A stretch of DNA of 63,773 nucleotides, filler included, from Sphacelaria rigidula (lineage: Eukaryota): assembly GCA_964200075.2 (NCBI GenBank). It is 9 parts of 9 records of this genome, joined end to end, with 100 filler letters (N's around TTAATTAATTAA, not from the genome) between each part and the next. Parts side by side here need not be neighbours in the genome. Positions count along the whole stretch, not along the records: positions 35,487 to 42,483 come from CAXNAA020017035.1; positions 42,584 to 49,580 come from CAXNAA020017036.1; 7 more parts are not named here. The stretch is one strand, 5' to 3'. Under the pieces are notes generated by a model, which ran no database searches, was not told where the DNA came from, and worked only from the letters and a program-made list of their open reading frames with translations. Positions within the stretch are counted from its first letter, which is position 1; the number at the start of each line of letters is the position of its first letter. The position numbers were made by a program, and so were the translations under genes. This document shows, piece by piece, positions 35,646-48,945 of the stretch.

Positions 35646-38205
35646 CCACCGTGCTTTCTGCTATCCTGGTTTGCTGTTGTTGTCCCACTTGTTGCGTTGT
35701 TTTTGCCTCTCCCGCCTACTGACGGCTGTACTTTTCTGGCTTGCTATCGCATTGCATGTTGTCATATGCACGCGTATTTCACGCTCTCATGTTCCCATCA
35801 TTTTGTACCTTGCTCTGACTGGAACGCACAGTTTTTGTCATTATCGCCTGCATTTTATCACCTTCGCCTGACCTACACCGTTACCCATAACATCACCGCT
35901 GTACCTAACCAGCAATGACCGTGTTCCAGGCATTCTCCAAATTATTTCGGTCTTTTTGTTGCATATTGAACTGGGACAGTCAACCCACCATGATCAGCAC
36001 TGGATGTATTTTGTTTCCGGGGTTGCATTTATATTGTGGCCATTGGGTTTGTGAAATGCATGTGCGGCAAAGCTGTCAATTTCTTTCGGTCTTGCTTGTT
36101 TATATTTCATCTTACACACTCATATTGTCTGCATCTCCGGGTGTCGTGTCTACCATAACTTTCTTTTGAGCCACTCGATTGTATTGCGTGTTTTATAATT
36201 TTGCGCCGCCGTCGTCTTGCTCTGTAGAGCTGCACGATTTTTCATTTCATGTTTTGGTAATTTTGTATTTGGCGATCGTGATGTTTTTTTCTTTTGACCG
36301 TGCGGGTGTAGGCTATCTGCAGGGCCTTGTCGGTTGCGCTGCCTGTACTCATCATGCTTGAGCAGGATTCCGCTTGTAGTCGTTTCGTTTATCTGGTTCG
36401 CAAGGCCGAAACGCCGAATTTACCGCCCGGCACACGACATTTCGATCTGCGTCACGTGGTATAAAATCGAGCCATATTTTCACGGACTCGAAGACTTTCA
36501 ACGCATACTAATCGTGCCTTCTATTACTTCCTCCCTTGTTTCACCTATACTCTTGCCTTGGGTGTGTCACATCCCGATGAGGGGATCAGCGCTGAACGTG
36601 GTTGCTTTGGGGAGGACACGCAGGAAACACTGAATGGTTTGCTCATGACGGTATGTTCCGGCGTGGAGTGTCAGCAATCTGGCTTGGTATAGCTAATCCC
36701 GTGTACCTTTTTATAGGATTCTAGTGGCAGGGTTATTACCTTGGTGTCACTTGACATGGTCTCCATTTTTATCCCACTCTGGCGATCGATTGTATGGTTT
36801 GCTATTCAGCAGGTTGACTTCTTGACGCACCCTGTACCGTAATTGACTACTACCTTGTCCCTTCCTGATACCGTAGTTGGATACTACTTTGTTCAGTTGC
36901 TTTAAACTTGGCTTTCGATACCATGCAACCACAAATATTTCCGTGCAATGTCTTGTCATTACTCATGCAGTACGCAGACTTAGTTTCCCTGCTTTATCTT
37001 TTTGCCCTTCATGCCCAGCGTACCATGAAAGTTGACTGCGCGACTACATACCGTGTCTTTGACAGTTCTTACAGACCCTACATACGGTTTTCAGACACTC
37101 ATTCCGCTGATGTGGTCGCTGAACCCCCTTGGGGGGGGCGAAGCACGAGTTCCATATTTTTTGCTGGTTGTTGTCTCGCGTGCTCACCCTTTGCCACAAA
37201 ACAACGCGGCCTCCCACCATAAGAACGCTGCATGATCAGAAAAGAAATGCACAAGCTTCTTGACCGAGGTGTTGCTCACCCAACTTTCACCGGCAACGTT
37301 TGACGACTACACGATTTTATGTTTGGTAAAATTCACCAAATATATCTTCACTGCAGGGTTTCACAGGTTCCTTAGCTGTGATGTGATAGGGGTGAGGCAC
37401 CCTGAGAAGGGTGTAACGGTCTTCACCATGATTGTTCCAGGTTCAGACCTCAGTGTACGTTGTTTGTTTACTCAGCTCAGCAGCGCGGGCTGACCACAAT
37501 CGCTCTCATGTATTTCACACAAGGAAACAACAAGCAAATACAGACCAGAATAGCACCGTTTTATCACGCAATTGATTGCATCCAGCTTCATCACCAGAAC
37601 AAGGAGATACAACACAAACCGACACAAGCCGAGCCTCAATCAATAAAACACACCAGACAAAACAGCAGCCCGACTACTGCTCTTATCTCTGGGACTCACT
37701 TTTTCGCGGTTTGTAGATACTCCAATGGGGAACTGTTGAATCGCAGCCAAAAACCGGATGTGAAGAGAGAGTGACGCTCGGCTGCTTACAGCTTCAAACG
37801 TGTTCCGCCGCCCCCTAATCATTATAAACTGAGGTCATACCATAAAATGCAAGAGCCGAGCTCTGCAATACATGCCATGGTTGGGTCACTATCCTTTTTT
37901 TTTCGAATTCAATTACATGCTCTCCGTAGAACGTCAACTCAAGGGGCAGCCAATTCTCCGCTATTTGAATATGAAAGTGTCCATCATTCAATGTCATCTT
38001 TGCCCAAGATCATGGCTACGTCTTGCAGTCACATCATATCACACTAGCCTCCAATGGATAAATCAATCGCAGGAGAACGCAGTGAAACGAGGTTGCTTTA
38101 CCCACACATTCCATTCCCCCCCACCACAGAAGTATATATATATATATAAAGCAAAACAAGATACCACAATAAAAAGAAAATGTGAGACACGTTAAGGGGG
38201 AGTAC

Positions 38206-41200
38206 TGTGACGGGGACTTAGAGGGCGACACGATATATTGGAAAAAAAAATCCGAAGATTGTGAAAAGCCCAAGAATCAACAACCCACGAAAAAAAAGCG
38301 CCGGAAGCTACGAAATATCCGGGAATCCAGGACAAACCCGCCATAAAAGCTGAAGCAGCGAAAAAACAAGCCGGTAGTCCATCCGCTACAAAACCTTGAT
38401 ATAATGCTTGACTGCTATCATGCGAAGGGGAAATTGTGTCTCAACACACGTCCAGTTCCATTGTGAGAGTTTTTTCAAGCAGCCCGCCAAGGTGTTTCAC
38501 AGTACCGGGGCGGCACAAACGGTCGTACACTTCTTTCATCAGTAGAACCCAACGGTGTTGAATGCTCAAGCGGGAAAAGAAAATCGCTGAGCGGAAGACA
38601 CGGAAACCAAAATCAACATGCAGCCGTGAGGCAACATGATGCACCCACGTGACGATGAAGGGCGGCCCATCGAATTGAAAAGGTGCCTGTATCGTCGCAC
38701 AAAGCATCAACGAATAACACACAACCGTAGGGGATAAATCCAAGGCGGGTAATCCGATGCGTTCGTGGTGAACCACGACAAGTATACAGAAAGAGGGGCC
38801 AATGCGGTCCGCTCTTAGATACGTACCCGTTCAGACGAGAAAATCGAGAGGGTGTGCATACAAACGGAAGGATAAATTCCCGCCGAGCACATCAACGCGA
38901 TTATTCGCCAGCAATAACCCTACAAAAAAAACGAACCACCGTGCTGATTTCCGAAGCGGCGGACCGGATGTACGACCTCGAGACTGCGAAAAACAAAACG
39001 ATTTGTTTTGGCGGACTGGTGTAGGGCGGAATATAGCCGGGCAACCGAACTAAACATAATCCAAGAGAAAAGTAATATCACCGAACATGGGACACCTGGT
39101 ACAGCGAGCAATTACAAAAAATCTGCGACGATACTCAAGAAGAGGGCTTGTTGGACATGCAACACACAAACCAGCCATCGAAAGCCAACGTGAGTCCAAC
39201 GGTATTAAGCTGTTAAAACAAAAAAAAACAACACAAAAATAAAAAAGTAGGGGGAAAACGAATAACAGGGTACGCCGAAAGAACCAGTCCGAGGTTGATG
39301 GCGTACGTGGTTGGGCAATCGCACACACCGGGTATTTGCCCCGGAAAGGGGTTGGTACGGGACGTGCTGAAGAATACCAACGGTGTGCGTTGGCCGCATC
39401 CGAATACAAACAAAAAAAAACACCAAATACAAAAACAAGGAAACGAGGTGACCATGCAAGGGAGGAAGAAGGGGAAACAGGACAGAACAAAAAAAACAGA
39501 AAACAAAGAAAAAACAAAACAAAAAACAAAAAACAAAACAAAAAACAAAAAACAAAACAAAACAAAACAAAACAAGAGCTAACAAAAACAAGGAAAAGAG
39601 AACACAAAAGCTCCATACAGTAACAGGCATACGCGGCAACGGTTCACTACAGAACACTGGCATACGCGGCTACTGGGTACTGCCGAGGGAAACGTGGGCA
39701 ACCGGGCTACACGGTGTTCAAGGAAACAAGACCACGAGAAGACAAGGGGAACCAGGGGGAATTCTAAAAAAACAAAAAAACACGACGAGACCAGGGGGAC
39801 TACGATAGGCGGTAAGGAAAAACGCAGACAACCGACTCACCACGGTACTTGAGAAAACGACACCAACGACAAGACAAGAAAAAAAAAAAGAGGGGGGATT
39901 TCAAATAACACGAATGAAATCCGAAGGAACGCAATTCGCTATCAAGATTATTCCGTGTCCCACGCCGTGTCGGGGTTGCGCAAGACAGCTGTGTCGATGT
40001 CCCCTTTGTCTGTCGTTGTAGGCACCAAGATCCTCGGCGAGCGGTCGGCATCTCGGTGTAGTAATCGTCGTGGAGACGGATCTTGAGAGGACCCGGATCA
40101 TCGAGGAAGCGGATGTAGTAGGAATCGTCCGCCTCAGGATCTATCAAGGGAGTCTTCCCCAGTCACCACCGCGAATCTATAGCCCTGTACCAAAAATATG
40201 CACCTTTCGGCAAGCGTTTCTTCGCAAAAGAGCGCAGGTATTGCGAGCGAGAAATGAGACTATAGCCCGAAATGACAAATCGTGCCGACTGTTCTCGGGC
40301 CAGTTCACGAGCTGCTGCGCCTTTTCGCATAGACCTATATTGTTTGTTCAACAGGCGGTGTTGGACGACATTTCCTACTCAATATAAAAGCATATCTCTT
40401 CGAAAATGACGCAGATCCTCCTCCCGTCCCCACGTAACACGCATGAGGCCTTTCCAGTGAGTCTGATACGTAACCGCAATTTCACCGCCTCAACCTCGAA
40501 CTAATTGATGGCCCGATATGCGATCTACCACTACACGTTCAAGAGGGCCGTCAGCATCTTCAACCGTCATGTGGAACGGTCGGGATTTCGCCACATACCT
40601 GGTGAGCACATACTGACTGAGCCCCATGGGCAATTGCTTGGGCATCTCACTAGTGTCGTGAGGGGGCAGACACGGCTTGCACCGAAGCATCGAGACCCGG
40701 TTTTTGGGCTTGACGCCAGGTTCATCCGTGGGGAAATCCAAATCCAGAAGGTTCTCACCTATTGGCCAATTGTCAGGTGCGATATCATAGGGCCCAACAG
40801 CCAAAATCTTCCAAGGACCAGTCCAATTCAAGCAAAGCTTCGGCTTCAACACCTTATCCGACGACGACTTAGCAGAGCATGCACCTTGGGTTACAGTTCT
40901 CACATCGTTATACACCCATGCCCATTCACCTACTTTCCACACCGGACGGTTGATCACTGCGTCATCCAACACGCTGTTTGCCTTAGCTACCTTTGCTGCA
41001 TTGATCAAGTTCTGCTCCCGTACCACCTCATATGCAAGCCGAAGACGATTACTAACAGACATATGATACTCCACAATATCCCGATCCAAACTCTGATGAC
41101 CACCAGGGGGTTTCCTGTCGAACACTGTCAATGGCAACCTGGGCATACGACCAATATGAACTTCATTGGGAGCCAAGCCTGTGGCGGCATTGACGGAGTT

Positions 41201-42483
41201 GTTGTAGTTCATTTGAACAAGGGGTAAGTGCAGGTCCCAGTCCGTTTGTCGCTCATTGGTCACTGTGGCAAGCATTAGCGCCATCGTGTGATTAACTCGT
41301 TCGGTCCTACCGTTTGTGAACGGATGGTATGAACTTCTAAAAATACGATGGGCACCCAGGAGATTACTGATCGCGGCAGAAAGTTTGCCGGCAAAATGTG
41401 GGCCGTTATCGGATAACAAACGTTTGGGGAACACCCCACTGAGGGATGTATGTGTACACAAGGACGTTGGCAGTCTCTTCTGCACTATAGTTGGCCTCCG
41501 AAACAGCATTCATCACAGCATGTCGACTGAACCGATCCGTAAACAACAAAATGTACTTGTTAACACTATTAGTGAGGGGCAGGGGGCCAAAGTAGTCCCA
41601 TGAAACTATTTCACCAGGCCCATTGGGGAGGGGCATAGAGATTACCGGCCATCTAACTGTTTGACGCGAGGTTTTGCGTGCTTGGCAAAGAAGACACCGC
41701 CGAACCCACCAACGTACACATTGGTCCATACAAATCCACCAAAAAACGATGAAGCATCTGAGAGGTCCTAGCGACGTTCAGATGTGTGGATGCTTGTGAA
41801 TGGCATTTATGGAGATCCCATGGACGCAGAAGCATCGGAATATAAATACGTACGGGAGCATCACCCAACAAACGGGCGTGACAACTTGTAGGTTTCCCTC
41901 CAGGAGGTTTCGTGGGGGGCCGGTGAATTAAATGAACAACGCCATCATCATCCGTATAAAGCATGCCTTTACGCGATAATTCAGTAACTTCATCCTGTGT
42001 GGGGGACCTGTGCGGTTCTTCAACGTGAAGCTGTAGGAAGACAGGATTTCAAACCAGCGTTGAACCCGGGCGTTGTGTTCCGCCATTTTGGCGAGGTTTT
42101 CCAAAGACTTATGATCTGTATAAACCACAGACGGGAGGTCATACACATATTGCCGGAATCGGCGCACTCCCCTAACAATTGCACCTGCTTCTTGTTCCAT
42201 AACGGACCAGTTCTGTCCGTTTGGGTAGGTGGTTCGGCTCAGATATACAATGGGGCGAACACTAGCATCGTCTTGTTCCTGTTCCAGTGTGCAGCCAAAC
42301 CCAATTTTCGAAGAATCCGTGTGCAGTCGGAACGGACGGGAGCCTTTTTCAGCAGCGGACCAGTCTGGAAAAACCAGAATTGGTGGCTTTGACAATGTGT
42401 CGAGCTGCTCTCGTACAATTTTTTCCATTGCCGACGTGAACACGAATTTCACCCCTTCTTGAGGAGGGTGATGAGGGGTTTTA
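38206..42483 (-). mobile_element. Decayed Ty3/Gypsy LTR retrotransposon, 3' half, with putative 3' LTR at 39267-38206
   Basis: Order RNase H, integrase, chromodomain on the minus strand. Putative LTR has TGTTA...TCACA termini; the LTR boundaries are inferred. Confidence 0.85.
39970..42480 (-). pseudogene. pol: Gypsy pol remnant: RNase H, HHCC zinc finger, integrase core, GPY/F motif, chromodomain-like region, extra C-terminal domain
   Basis: PPILVFPDW..PFRLHTDSSKIGFGCTLEQ..RPIVYLSR..YTDHKSL; RRCLLCQARK..DYFGPLP..LLFTDRFSRH; LSDNGPHF..SSYHPFTNGRTERVNHT; WTGPWKI; VDRISGH..YQTHWKG..TW. Frameshifts and in-frame stops. Confidence 0.92.
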
Positions 42484-42583
42484 NNNNNNNNNNNNNNNNN
42501 NNNNNNNNNNNNNNNNNNNNNNNNNNNTTAATTAATTAANNNNNNNNNNNNNNNNNNNNNNNNNNNNNNNNNNNNNNNNNNNN

Positions 42584-43693
42584 GTCTCGAAAGGGATGCG
42601 TGGTCAATGGTCACACGACTAAGGCAAGCAACAAATGAGTACGCCCCCCCCTCCCTCCTGCCCCGCGAACCTTGGCGTGGCGTCTTTTTCTCCTAGTTTT
42701 TTTTGTGTCAGTCTTCGCGGGACAGTCTAGCTGAATGGCGGAGGGAAGGGGAACCGAAGGATTTTCTTCGAATGCTAGACCAGCAAATCACAAATGTTGA
42801 AAAACGGAAAAATTAAAAAAGGCCAGTAGAAAAAGTATCTAATGCAATCCCTCACACCTCCCTCTTTCTTTCTCTTTTCCCCCCCGATGAATACTTCGGG
42901 GTGAAATTTTGTGCTCAGACCCACTGCCCCGCGAAATGGCTGCATGCATATCAATTTTACGAGTCTCATAGCTGCCTGTCTGATACTCAAGCGCCCCCTC
43001 TCGGTATAGGAACTAAATAAAGGTGGCATGAATTCGATTGGTACATTAGACAGTCGCGATAAAATGATCGTCATACTAGGAGATAGATGGTGGCCGCAGA
43101 TGGCGAAACAGGAAGGGGATAAGACATGTAAAATACTTTTTATATCATGTATGTAAAAAAAGTTATGAGCGCCCGAATGTTGGAGGTGTCTCCATGAGGA
43201 GTAGAGAATGGTGCTCCGTGTCAAAATGGATTCGTGGTCAGAGGCCAAATGACTAGGGCAAGCAACAAGTGAGAAGCCCCCCCCCCATGGTGAGATACAC
43301 ATGAGGCAGGGTCTAAGACGTCGCTGTCTCTGCAAGTGGCGATACCGGAGAATGAAGTAACTCATTCGAGACTGCCATCCAAAATGCAAGATAATCAGTA
43401 GGCTTGGGGCCGAACAATCTTAGCAGGATGCAACTCATCCTTCATGCGACTCCCCGAACACACCACGGCGCTTCGCACTTGGTGATTGAGTGCGAGCCTG
43501 ACCCGGCGAAAACGTTGTCCGTCCCGGCTTTGTAGGGATGCGAGGTTAACGGTCTTATGACTATGGCGTACATGATCATGAGTACCCCCCCCCACACACA
43601 CACACACACACATTCGGTGCTCCGTCTCGAAAAATGGATGGGCGGTCAAGGGTCGAACGACGAAGGCGATGAACAGATGAGTATGCCCCCCCC
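42584..43693 (+). mobile_element. Cluster of LINE/SINE 3' tails (42584-42650, ~43000-43286, ~43320-43593, 43614-43693)
   Basis: Each ends GAGTAC-like sequence plus a C-run. 43040-43120 encodes TLDSRDKMIVILGDRWWPQMAKQEGDK. Confidence 0.8.
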
Positions 43694-43737
43694 TCCCCCC
43701 TTCCCCTCCCCCACGTCATCTGTATGGTCGTGCTCAC

Positions 43738-46700
43738 CGCTGCTCCTTGATGACTCGACAGTAGTGATCGGCGAATACTTCCGTGGCCACAAAATGTCCC
43801 TTCAGCAGTTTATACGCCTGATCAGAGATGATAACCTAGCCCGCAACGATACAGAAGAAATAAGCAAAACAAACACGAGCACGATGATTGGCTTTCAGGG
43901 GGGGGCGGGGGGAGGGGGGGATGGTAGACCCCGATCCACGCATATCTTACCTGCACTTTGTATGGGCATCATACGTTGAGACCCATGTCTTTTCCCCCTG
44001 GCATCTAGCTCCCCCCCGCCCCCGCCCCCCACTCCGTCCCCCTAATGGGTATGAGCAGGTACGACAGCAGTGAAATGAAGAACGGTTTGAATCACGATCT
44101 GGGGAAGGGTTGATAAAGTCATGGCCGAGCTTGTGCGAGCAGCGGATATGTAGTGAACTATTTCCCATTATTCATCTCTAGGAGAAAAAACTCCCCCCCT
44201 CCTGTTCCCCCCCGCCCGCCCGCCCGCGCCCAATTTATCGGTGCAGCATTTCGATTTTTCCACGGTTATTTTCAACTTTCTCCACCCTAACACTCGTCAC
44301 CATAGGGAGGGTCCACAGCACGAAATCAACTTCGAATAGTGCCCCACATGGCCATCTCATCGAACTACAAGGAAATTTGACTTCACGGTCGACAAGGGAA
44401 TGGGATCGCTGAAGACGTCTCGCTATAAAAATTAAGGCAAGCATCGCAGAACGTGGAGTACTGAAACAAGACTAAAGACTCCTGTGTTGACCTTCCTCTT
44501 GTGTGACCCCGGCTGGTGTGCCCCCATATACCTAAAGATGTAGACTGGCGTCCAGAATAGATGGAACGACAATACACACAAGAGCACCAACAGCACTTCA
44601 TCTTAACCTCGATGACGAGTACCTACATCCCGGAGCGGACCCTCTTCTTCCCTCTGTTGGATAATAACTCACCCTGACTGCGATGTGGATGATGACAGCA
44701 ATATGCGTAGTAACCCCTCCTTGAAAAACGAGCGAATGTATGCCGACGAGAAAAAAAAATGAGCCGCGCTGCTACCACGGATGTAACACAGAGTACTACC
44801 CACTACCCGAGGCGATATGAGAAAGCTCAAGCTCGATTTTCCCTGTAAAAAAGGCCCCGCACTGCCGTACAGAACATCTCATTCACACCTAAATACTCCG
44901 AGCGATAAAATTCGGACGGTATTAGTTGAAGCGACGTGGTCACGGTAGTTTACGAAAAAAATAAACCTTGGAGTATCCTCTGATATCAACCCGGGAAAAT
45001 ACTCCATAGAGTAGTCGTAGCCTACCGTAGACGACGTCGCGGCAAAAGACGGGTACAGTAGAATTGCAAAAAAAAAGCCGATGGAAAAAGATACTCACGA
45101 AAAATTAAAATAGATATTCCAAAATGAATGAGGGAAAAAAAACACATATATTTATTTACATATATTGACCCGCTTGCACGGGAGCGTTCACACGTAATCT
45201 TAGTTAGACATGTATTTTTATCCGCAAAACACAAACGACGCAGACGACCCACGTCTCCGGGGGTAGCGTGATGTTCGGCGGTAAACGCCTCCAGCAAAGG
45301 ATCTCCCACGGCGATGTACTCCATACGTTTATGAACGCCTCCCAGGTGTAAAACCGACACCTGTTTTCATGCAATCGAAATACACACATATATATATATA
45401 TAACGGAGAAAAAGAGTAGTGAGTTGAAGTCACACGATCTGGGAATTTCTTCTCACACCATGCCCAACAGTGGAGAGCGACTATGTCGTCGGTACACAAA
45501 GTTCGACAACGAGGTCGACGAGGGAACGGTATTTCTCAACTATTATCTCGTTTAAAAAAAAAAAAAAAAAGCACCGCAGAAGGAAGGCGGAATACTTGTA
45601 GCAAAAAAAAAAAACTCGTGTGTTGAGTTTCCTCCTGTGTGACCCCGGCTGACGCGCCCACATGTATCGAAAGGTGTATACTGGCGTCCATAATAGATGG
45701 TGAGACAACACAGAGAGTAGAGTACCCTATACCGTACCTCAAGTACCTTGGCTGTCGGGAGTGATTCGTACCCTGCCAGGACAAATAATAATACATCGCC
45801 AAAAAGCGTACTGCGTACAGTATGGAAATCTACCATTATATTACAATCGACGCACTATTCGATACTGTACGCAGTACACCTTTGACAACTTGAGTTATTG
45901 TCCAGGGTATGAACTGATTGAGTGATGCTATGGCAGGGGTGCAAAATAGTTTCCGAGGTTACAATTGTCAGGAGACCTTCATCTCATCCAAAACACGGAT
46001 TATGAAATATGTAAGAGTACGCCAGGATTACTATTTCAATGTACTTCCGTAGGGATATCTCGAAAAAAAATGAAAACGGGGATGCCCTAACCCATATTCT
46101 TGTGCATCTAGAACTCGTTGGGAGCCCCTGAACTAGACTAGATTTTGCGCAAAAAGTGCACGCCTACCGTAGCAATACTCGATTACAGTATTACCGAAAG
46201 CCGCAGGGATATTCAATTTAAAGGCCGCTTAAGTACTAAAAAACCAAGAGGGAAAAAAAAGAAGTTTCCCTGCGTGTGCATGATCCATCATGTAGACTAT
46301 ACTAGTAATTAACAAGGCATATGGGAAATATTTGATAATATGCCGAGATGCTCAGAATTTGTCATCCACCACGCGTACAAAAAAAAAAAAACAGCTGAAA
46401 CGAAAGATACTCGTATAAATCACTGCACGAACGTGAAGAATGATCTGCACTGCTATCCTCCACCTCCACCTCCGTTATCGCACACTCGTACAAACAAAAG
46501 CAATGGTACATGTGATCCTGTCCCTGCTCAATAAACAAAGTCACGTCAGGTTTGCCTGCGCGGTAGGTACCTTCAGCTCCACGACGCTTATTCGCTTCCA
46601 CTACGAGCTCACGACGTCGGCTGAAAGGGAATCAATTCCACGTAGATCGGGTACAAGCTTCAGACTCACTTTTCTGATACGGTACGGTAGCTGTTGAAGG

Positions 46701-48487
46701 AAGTGCTTGAGCCTCGAGGTGCACCGTTTTTTCAGCACTTTTTCGACTAATCAGTGATGAACCCCCGTAGCAGCCGTCAACTTTTTTGTTGCCTACTCGA
46801 GCCTGATCCAAGCTACAAGGATCTCCACCATGGATCATGTGAAAGCTACCGTCCTCGGCGTTCGACGGGTACCTTTAGCGGCAGGTGCTCTATAGGAGAG
46901 TCTGAAGATGGTACTGTTGGAAGTGTTTGGTCGCAATTCCCGACGCGGTTTCGGATTCCTGAAAATCGTTGCGAATTTCAAACCCTGGACTAGAGAATAC
47001 ACAGTCGAAAAGTGTACTGCGTACAGTATCGACTATTACGCCTATCGCAACAGACAATAGGTTCCGTACTCTACGCAGTACATTTTTTAACAATATAATC
47101 TACTGTCCAGGGTGTGGCGAATTTAGCGAGCAGTCGCATGAACTTCTACGGATATCCATTACCTGTCAGTGGTACTGATCGGCAGTTGAATTATTGCGGA
47201 TTGCTATGCGACCTATGGCCGCGTTAGTATGGGTGTTTATTCCAGGGAGAATATCCCCGAAACTAAATATTGGCCAATTTGTTCCAATATTTTCGTCATT
47301 TTTTCCGTTTCTTAAAGTGGTTTTGGACGCCGAAATCAGCTGATTTTCGGGAAATTTGCAAATCTGGGACGACGCGTGCGCCCCCTGGACTCGACAGATT
47401 TTCTCGCGAAAACTTGAGGATCAATTCGAAAATACACCGACAATCCAAAACATGTAATCAGAAAAAAGGGAAAACGACTGTCGTCATCAATGTCCCACAG
47501 AAAATGCACTTTGATCTCTTCAGCTGAATGGAGAAGATATGCATGTTACCCTGGTCCACCGAGACATCCACGTTCTCAGCGTATCATCAAGTACATTTTT
47601 TTTTTTTTCTTCTATTAGGGACAAATTCAGGGCTTCTGTCTCTCGCTCATGTGTTAATTCTTGAATGAGTTTATTTCAAATGCCTTTTCAGCTTTATTTC
47701 GTCAAGAAAGCACAGACGACATACAACAACGTATTCGTGAGATTGAGAGTAAAGCGCTGATCGAGAGTGGGTTTGATCATTCGCTTTAACTAGGCCATTT
47801 TTTTCATTCCGTGTGCTTGTTTTTGCCTCTTCCATCACTGGCGTGTGCTTCCAGCTACACGTCGATATCCTACTCAGGGATATCAAGGGCCTCAGTGGCA
47901 AGCCATTACAGAGAGCATATCGGGTCTCGTGGAGGGGGATTTCGGAACTGAAGCGTTTCACAAGCTAATTGACCGCTTTTCACTGTCAATCGTATTCTCT
48001 ACTCTCAATCTCACGAAAACATTGTTACACACGCTAGACTGAGCTTCTCCCGCCTACTCTTCGAAAAAAATATAGTCTTCTTTAAGGTGTCTTTTTCTAC
48101 ATTCATATTCGTAAATATCGAAACGCATGCAAAGCAGAATTGCAGGCGATACGGGGGGACTGACAGAACAGGCAGCCTACAATAGACACCTCTCCCATGC
48201 CTACTCCGTGATGCTCAGTTTTTGTCGTCACAAATGCGACACAAGATATAAACGGTGTTTATCCTCGCGCGAGACGCCCGTACCCCCTTGCCGCCAAGAC
48301 CAAACCAAACCAAACCAAACAAGAGGACTAATCCACAATCAAACGATACCTTGCCCATGCCGACTCCGATCTTCACACTCAAGCGGACCTCCTCCGCCAG
48401 TTCGCAGTTGTGCAGAGCATCCTGGATGGCAAACGCACACTGGGCCGCTCTTCGGACCCTCTTCTCCATCGGCGTGGTGCCTTCCGA
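43738..48487 (-). CDS. Soluble adenylate cyclase (ADCY10-like, class III cyclase), internal exons 48487-48350, 45360-45253, 43835-43738
   Basis: Spliced: SEGTTPMEKRVRRAAQCAFAIQDALHNCELAEEVRLSVKIGVGMGK|VSVLHLGGVHKRMEYIAVGDPLLEAFTAEHHATPGD|VIISDQAYKLLKGHF. Fits the sAC C1 pattern L.VKIG.G.G....GG...R.EY...G.P......E..A.PG.V..S; phase-0 GT-AG junctions. Confidence 0.85.
45771..45907. mobile_element. ~130-bp hairpin MITE with TA TSD; second copy ~46983-47111
   Basis: TA-CCCTG...GTCCAGGG-TA with internal inverted GTACTGCGTACAGTAT / ATACTGTACGCAGTAC. Confidence 0.7.
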
Positions 48488-48614
48488 CTACGGCACACGA
48501 ACACAGAAACACGAAAATGGTCGCAGAAAACACAAATTCAAGGGTCGGAGGAATCATCTCCGGTTCGAATAACCAAAACGAAGTAGAGAACACCACTGAT
48601 CGAGGATTGAAAAA

Positions 48615-48945
48615 TTTCATGTCCGGGCTGTGTTATGTAAAAAGGATTGTTGGCTTCCTCATTCCATGTCCGGGCTGTTTAATGGTAGTTTAAAAAAGGG
48701 GGATGACTAGCTTTTCTATTTCATGTCCATGTTTAGGCTGTGTTATGGCAGGTTGTAGGAAAAGAGTGGTTGAACTTCTTTATTTCATGTTCATGTCCAT
48801 GTCTGGGCTATTATATTGTGGTGGGTGAAAGAAAAAGGATGGTAAGCTTCGTTATTCCATGTCTTTCCCTAGGCTGTGTTGTGGGTTGGAAAAGAAGGAT
48901 GGTTAGCTTCTCCATTTCATCTTCATGTCTGTGTTATGGTGGCGG
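48615..48945. repeat. Degenerate ~55-60-bp minisatellite in the cyclase intron
   Basis: Repeated TTCATGTC..GGCTGTGTTATG..AAAAGGATGG..AGCTTC. Confidence 0.7.

Noticed and set aside
35700..37500. Possible decayed minus-strand LINE ending in a (CAA)n tail
   Set aside because: No RT or endonuclease motif could be read convincingly in any frame.
39050..39663. Phe-rich and Lys-rich ORFs
   Set aside because: Products of (CAAAA)n low-complexity sequence in the Gypsy 3' region.
42584..42650. Retroposon tail as a self-cleaving ribozyme (hammerhead, pistol or twister)
   Set aside because: The conserved catalytic cores (e.g. CTGATGA...GAAA) are absent; only a simple hairpin is evident.
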